Origin: Lama glama | Taxonomy: Eukaryota | Length of the DNA: 64,000 nt | Reading direction: 5' to 3' | NCBI GenBank assembly: GCA_028534125.1 | Contig: CM052840.1 | Location: 29,512,001-29,576,000, forward strand | Shown: piece after piece, positions 60,701-64,000 of the stretch | Layout: each line of letters opens with the position of its first letter | Numbering within the stretch: the stretch's first letter is position 1 | Notes under the pieces: generated by a model | Database searches by the model: none | The model's input: only the letters and a program-made list of their open reading frames with translations | What the model was told of the DNA's origin: nothing | Translations under genes and position numbers: made by a program

Positions 60701-62437
60701 TTAGAAATGAAGACCCTTTCTTCCATCATTTGGCCTTTGCTTAGCCTTATCTGTCTTGCTCCCGCAGATACGTCACAGAAAATGCGTTTTCTCTTTCCTC
60801 CCACCGCCGCTACATTGAGCTGGGGAGGGGGAGTCGTCTCTCCCCCACTTCTCCTGGCGTCCGATGCCACCCACACAACTGTGTTGGTTCCCCATTTAGG
60901 GGCCTAGAGAGGTGATCCTGCTGGCTGAAAGTCTGCTTTCTGGTTCTCATGGGCACTTTTCTGGCTCTCTTACAGTGTAGCGTAAGCACTGTCACCTGCG
61001 AAGGGAGCCCCTCAAGGATCCAGACGCACTCCTGGGCATGTGGCGGGCACTGAGCCGAGCGGAAGGCGGCCACGCTCGGAAAAAGGCCAGTGTTGGAGTT
61101 TTCTTTTTCCTTTTAGCCGTGGTTTTGTGGTGCTTACCAGCCCCCGGGAGAAAGGGGGCTTCTCCAGAGCGCTGCTCAGAACCCCCTCCTCCCAGAACAG
61201 TCCGCTCACGTTCTTCCTCTGGTAGCTTCCCTGTCAGCGCTGCCAAGTCTCACGTCCCTGGCAGACCCTTCAGACCAGTAGCTTGTGTTTCTGACCGTAT
61301 CCTTTACCGTCCATGCTCTCCTTCAGATCTTCCCTTCTAAGCCACGTTTTGGAAGGATAATGTTTTTGTCTAGTGGGGTGAAAGGAGAGAGAGGGGAGCG
61401 AGGAAAACAGGAGAGGAGAGCAGGGACTAAAGGCCAGAGAGTGAGTTAAGGAGAGAGGGCAAAAGATGTCTTAGAAAGGAGGTCGGGGGTCCCTATTGGG
61501 ATTGGATTAAAGGTGTAATCAAGAACCTAGGGTCAGGGTGAAAACCCAGATTAACAGACTCGGTCTGTCCTCATTCACCTCGGGAAAAGGAACTGGAAAA
61601 ATTAAACTTCCCAACACAAATGGCTTTAGAAAGCTAACTTCATTTAACACGCTTGGGACTCTCCCCTTCAGCTTAACTTTGTAGATTGAATGTTAGTTTA
61701 GTCCTTCTCTAGCGAGATAAAATGAGACAACCGTGTACGTCTGTGTCTCTTGCATTGTAGTCTCCCTGCCATAACCGTCCCAGAGTAAGTTACTCACCTG
61801 TTCTGGTAATGCTTTCTAAAGAAATCATGTTCATTTTTCAGCAAAACTGGAAATCCCCCAACACACACAAAAAGAAAAGTGCCTTTTTCTTTACAGATAT
61901 ACTTAGGTATATTTCTTTTAAACATATTGTGTGATCTCTGTTAAGTGCATATCTGTAAATGGGCTTTTTACTACTTCACAGAGGTCATGAGTGGATGAGA
62001 GCAGCTGTGTTGATCAGATTTAACATAAGTCAGACACTTGAGGGCTTTTTCTGGCTTTTCAGTCTGTGTTGCATAGAATTCACTATCAACACTGCAGTAC
62101 CTCTGTCACTCCTTGTACATGATTCTTCATGTAGCTTGGAAGTAAATTAAAATTAAAAATAAAACTAAATTCTATGGTTTGAAACTCTTCTGTGGTGACT
62201 GATATGCCTATATTTCTAGTGGGTGTGTGGTCTGGACAGAATAAACAGATTAAATAGAGCTGTAGCTGGCATTTTCCTTCTTATACCCACTGTAACCTAG
62301 TGCAGGTGAATTCTTCGTCTTTGAATTTTCTGGGTTTCCAAACCAGAGTTGATCATGTCACTGTTTTCGAAACTCTGGGAGCCTATAGAAAAGGAAATCT
62401 GTTTATCCATTCTGTTTTAAAAATCTGTCTTTAGGTT

Positions 62438-62562
62438 GGAGGGTGTAGCTCAAGTGGTAGAGTGCATGCTTAACATACACAGAGTCCTGGGTTCAATCCT
62501 CAGTACCTCCTCTAAAAATAAATAAGTAAACCTAATTCCCACCCCCCCCCAATTTTTTTTAA
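62438..62562 (+). mobile_element. tRNA-Ala-derived SINE (vic-1-like), well preserved
   Basis: GGAGGGTGTAGCTCAAGTGGTAGAGTGCATGCTTAACATACACAGAGTCCTGGGTTCAATCCTCAGTACCTCC with A and B boxes plus TAAAAATAAATAAGTAAACCTAATT tail. Confidence 0.9.
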
Positions 62563-63104
62563 TTTGTCTTTAGTTAACAGTGATGATATTCTTTGAAGAT
62601 GTTCTTTTGCATTAAATCTTTTGAGCAGAGTCATATTATTGGAACCTTCTTTGCTACGTGGAAGAAATAAACTTGCAGAGAAAATCCATTCTGTAATGCT
62701 TGTTGTAGGCATGAATCCTGGGTTAACTTAGGTTCCTGAGCCCCACATGGATCTGAATCTCCTGATGGTCTCTTGCTCTCCCCTTCCTTGGCAGTCTCAG
62801 GGATGTGTGCAACGAAGTGATTGGGGGAAATTGGGGTGTGATCTTTGATAGGGTGCTGGACGGGATGAACTGAAAGGTTGTGTTAGAGCGAAGAGCCTCC
62901 CAGCTGTTGTGACCCTCACAGTCCTGCCCCACCCCGGCACTCATCTGGAAAAAATGTATTTGCGCTCAGCTTTTCTTGAAAAAGAGTAGACCTGAGGTTC
63001 TGCGTCTGGTGAGCAAGGACCCACGTGCAGAGTGCACCTGGCCTTCGTGCCACAGTGACTCGGGATTTGTTAGGTTTTTTTTATTGTAAATGGGTTAGGT
63101 GGGA

Positions 63105-64000
63105 TCAGATCAGTGTCTCACATCATACAAACAAAGAAATTCCAAGTGGATTAGGAGTCTAAATATTAAAAAAATGAAACTCTAAGTTTTAGAAGAAAGT
63201 ATTGGTGAATTTTTCTTTATCCTTGGCATAAGAAAAGACTATGACTCAAAATCTAGAGGCAACAAAAGAAGATTGATGAATTTGACTGCATTAAAATTTT
63301 TAATTTGCATGACAAAAATACCACATAAAAGTCAAGAGATAGCTGACAAAGAGGAAGAAATTTTTCATGGCATATACCACAGACAGAAGGATAATATCCT
63401 TAATATATAAAGAGCTCTTGAAAATTAAGAAATAAAGGACCAAAACCCCAATCGAAAAATGGGGGTGAGACATGGACAGTTTACCCCTCCTACCAGAAAA
63501 AGACATTAGAACAGCACTCAAACATACAAAAAAAAAGTCACTCGTGGTTAGTCAGATACAAATTAACCAGCACTGAGATATCATTTCTCTTCTGTCAGAC
63601 TGGAAAATTGTTCAGTATGATAGCGCACCCCGCTGGTGAGGCAGCGGGGGAGCACTCTCAGCGGCGCCCATGGGTGTGCAGCGGGACGGTCCCGCTGGAG
63701 GGAGAGGTGGCCACACCAGACCCTCTGCACACGTGCTTTCCGTCCAGCAGCCCCACTGCTGGGAGTCCATCCTGAAGACATGCATTCAACAGTGTGAAAG
63801 TGCTAGTTACTGCAGCATTGTTTCTGAAGGCGAAATTGTTGGAAGCAATCTCGTTGCCCTACAGAGGAAAGTGGTTGAAGAAAGAGTGTGTGTTCATACA
63901 GTGGTATACTGTGCGGCTGTGAAAACAGAATGAGGAATCCAGAGGAACTGATTTGAAATGACTTCCAGGATATCACGTTAGCTGATTAAAAGCAAATTGC
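63105..64000 (+). mobile_element. Old L1M ORF2-end/3' fragment
   Basis: AAATTCCAAGTGGATTA...TTAGAAGAAA...CCTTAATATATAAAGAGCTC...CCCAATCGAAAAATGGG...GTGGTATACTGTGCGGCTGTGAAAA. Confidence 0.8.

Noticed and set aside
62438-62512. tRNA-Ala gene
   Set aside because: Mismatched stems, an A-rich SINE tail instead of a T-run terminator, and three other diverged copies indicate a SINE.

Overview
Mammalian genomic DNA, most likely camelid judging by its tRNA-Ala-derived vic-1-like SINEs, and unusually GC/CpG-rich over about 1-58 kb. The window opens inside a long NAV1 (neuron navigator 1) intron. It then holds 27 NAV1 coding exons on the + strand (22402-49575; 4396 coding nt, all GT-AG, phases chaining into one open frame to TGA), including 24-nt and 9-nt microexons and the C-terminal AAA-like domain. 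A ~6.2 kb 3'UTR ends near AATAAA 55778. About 1.2 kb further on lie the CpG-island promoter and first coding exon of IPO9 (57258-57420), then IPO9 intron 1. Introns carry old LINE, SINE, LTR and DNA-transposon relics plus one 100-N gap. I see no evidence for a wholly new biological system. The most interesting points are splicing-level and evolutionary: the microexons, a rare GAG acceptor, an open in-frame intron, a G-rich expanded counterpart of the human mir-1231 mirtron intron, a candidate antisense first exon, and apparently recent GC-biased substitution. Gene and repeat names come from recalled sequences, not from searches.
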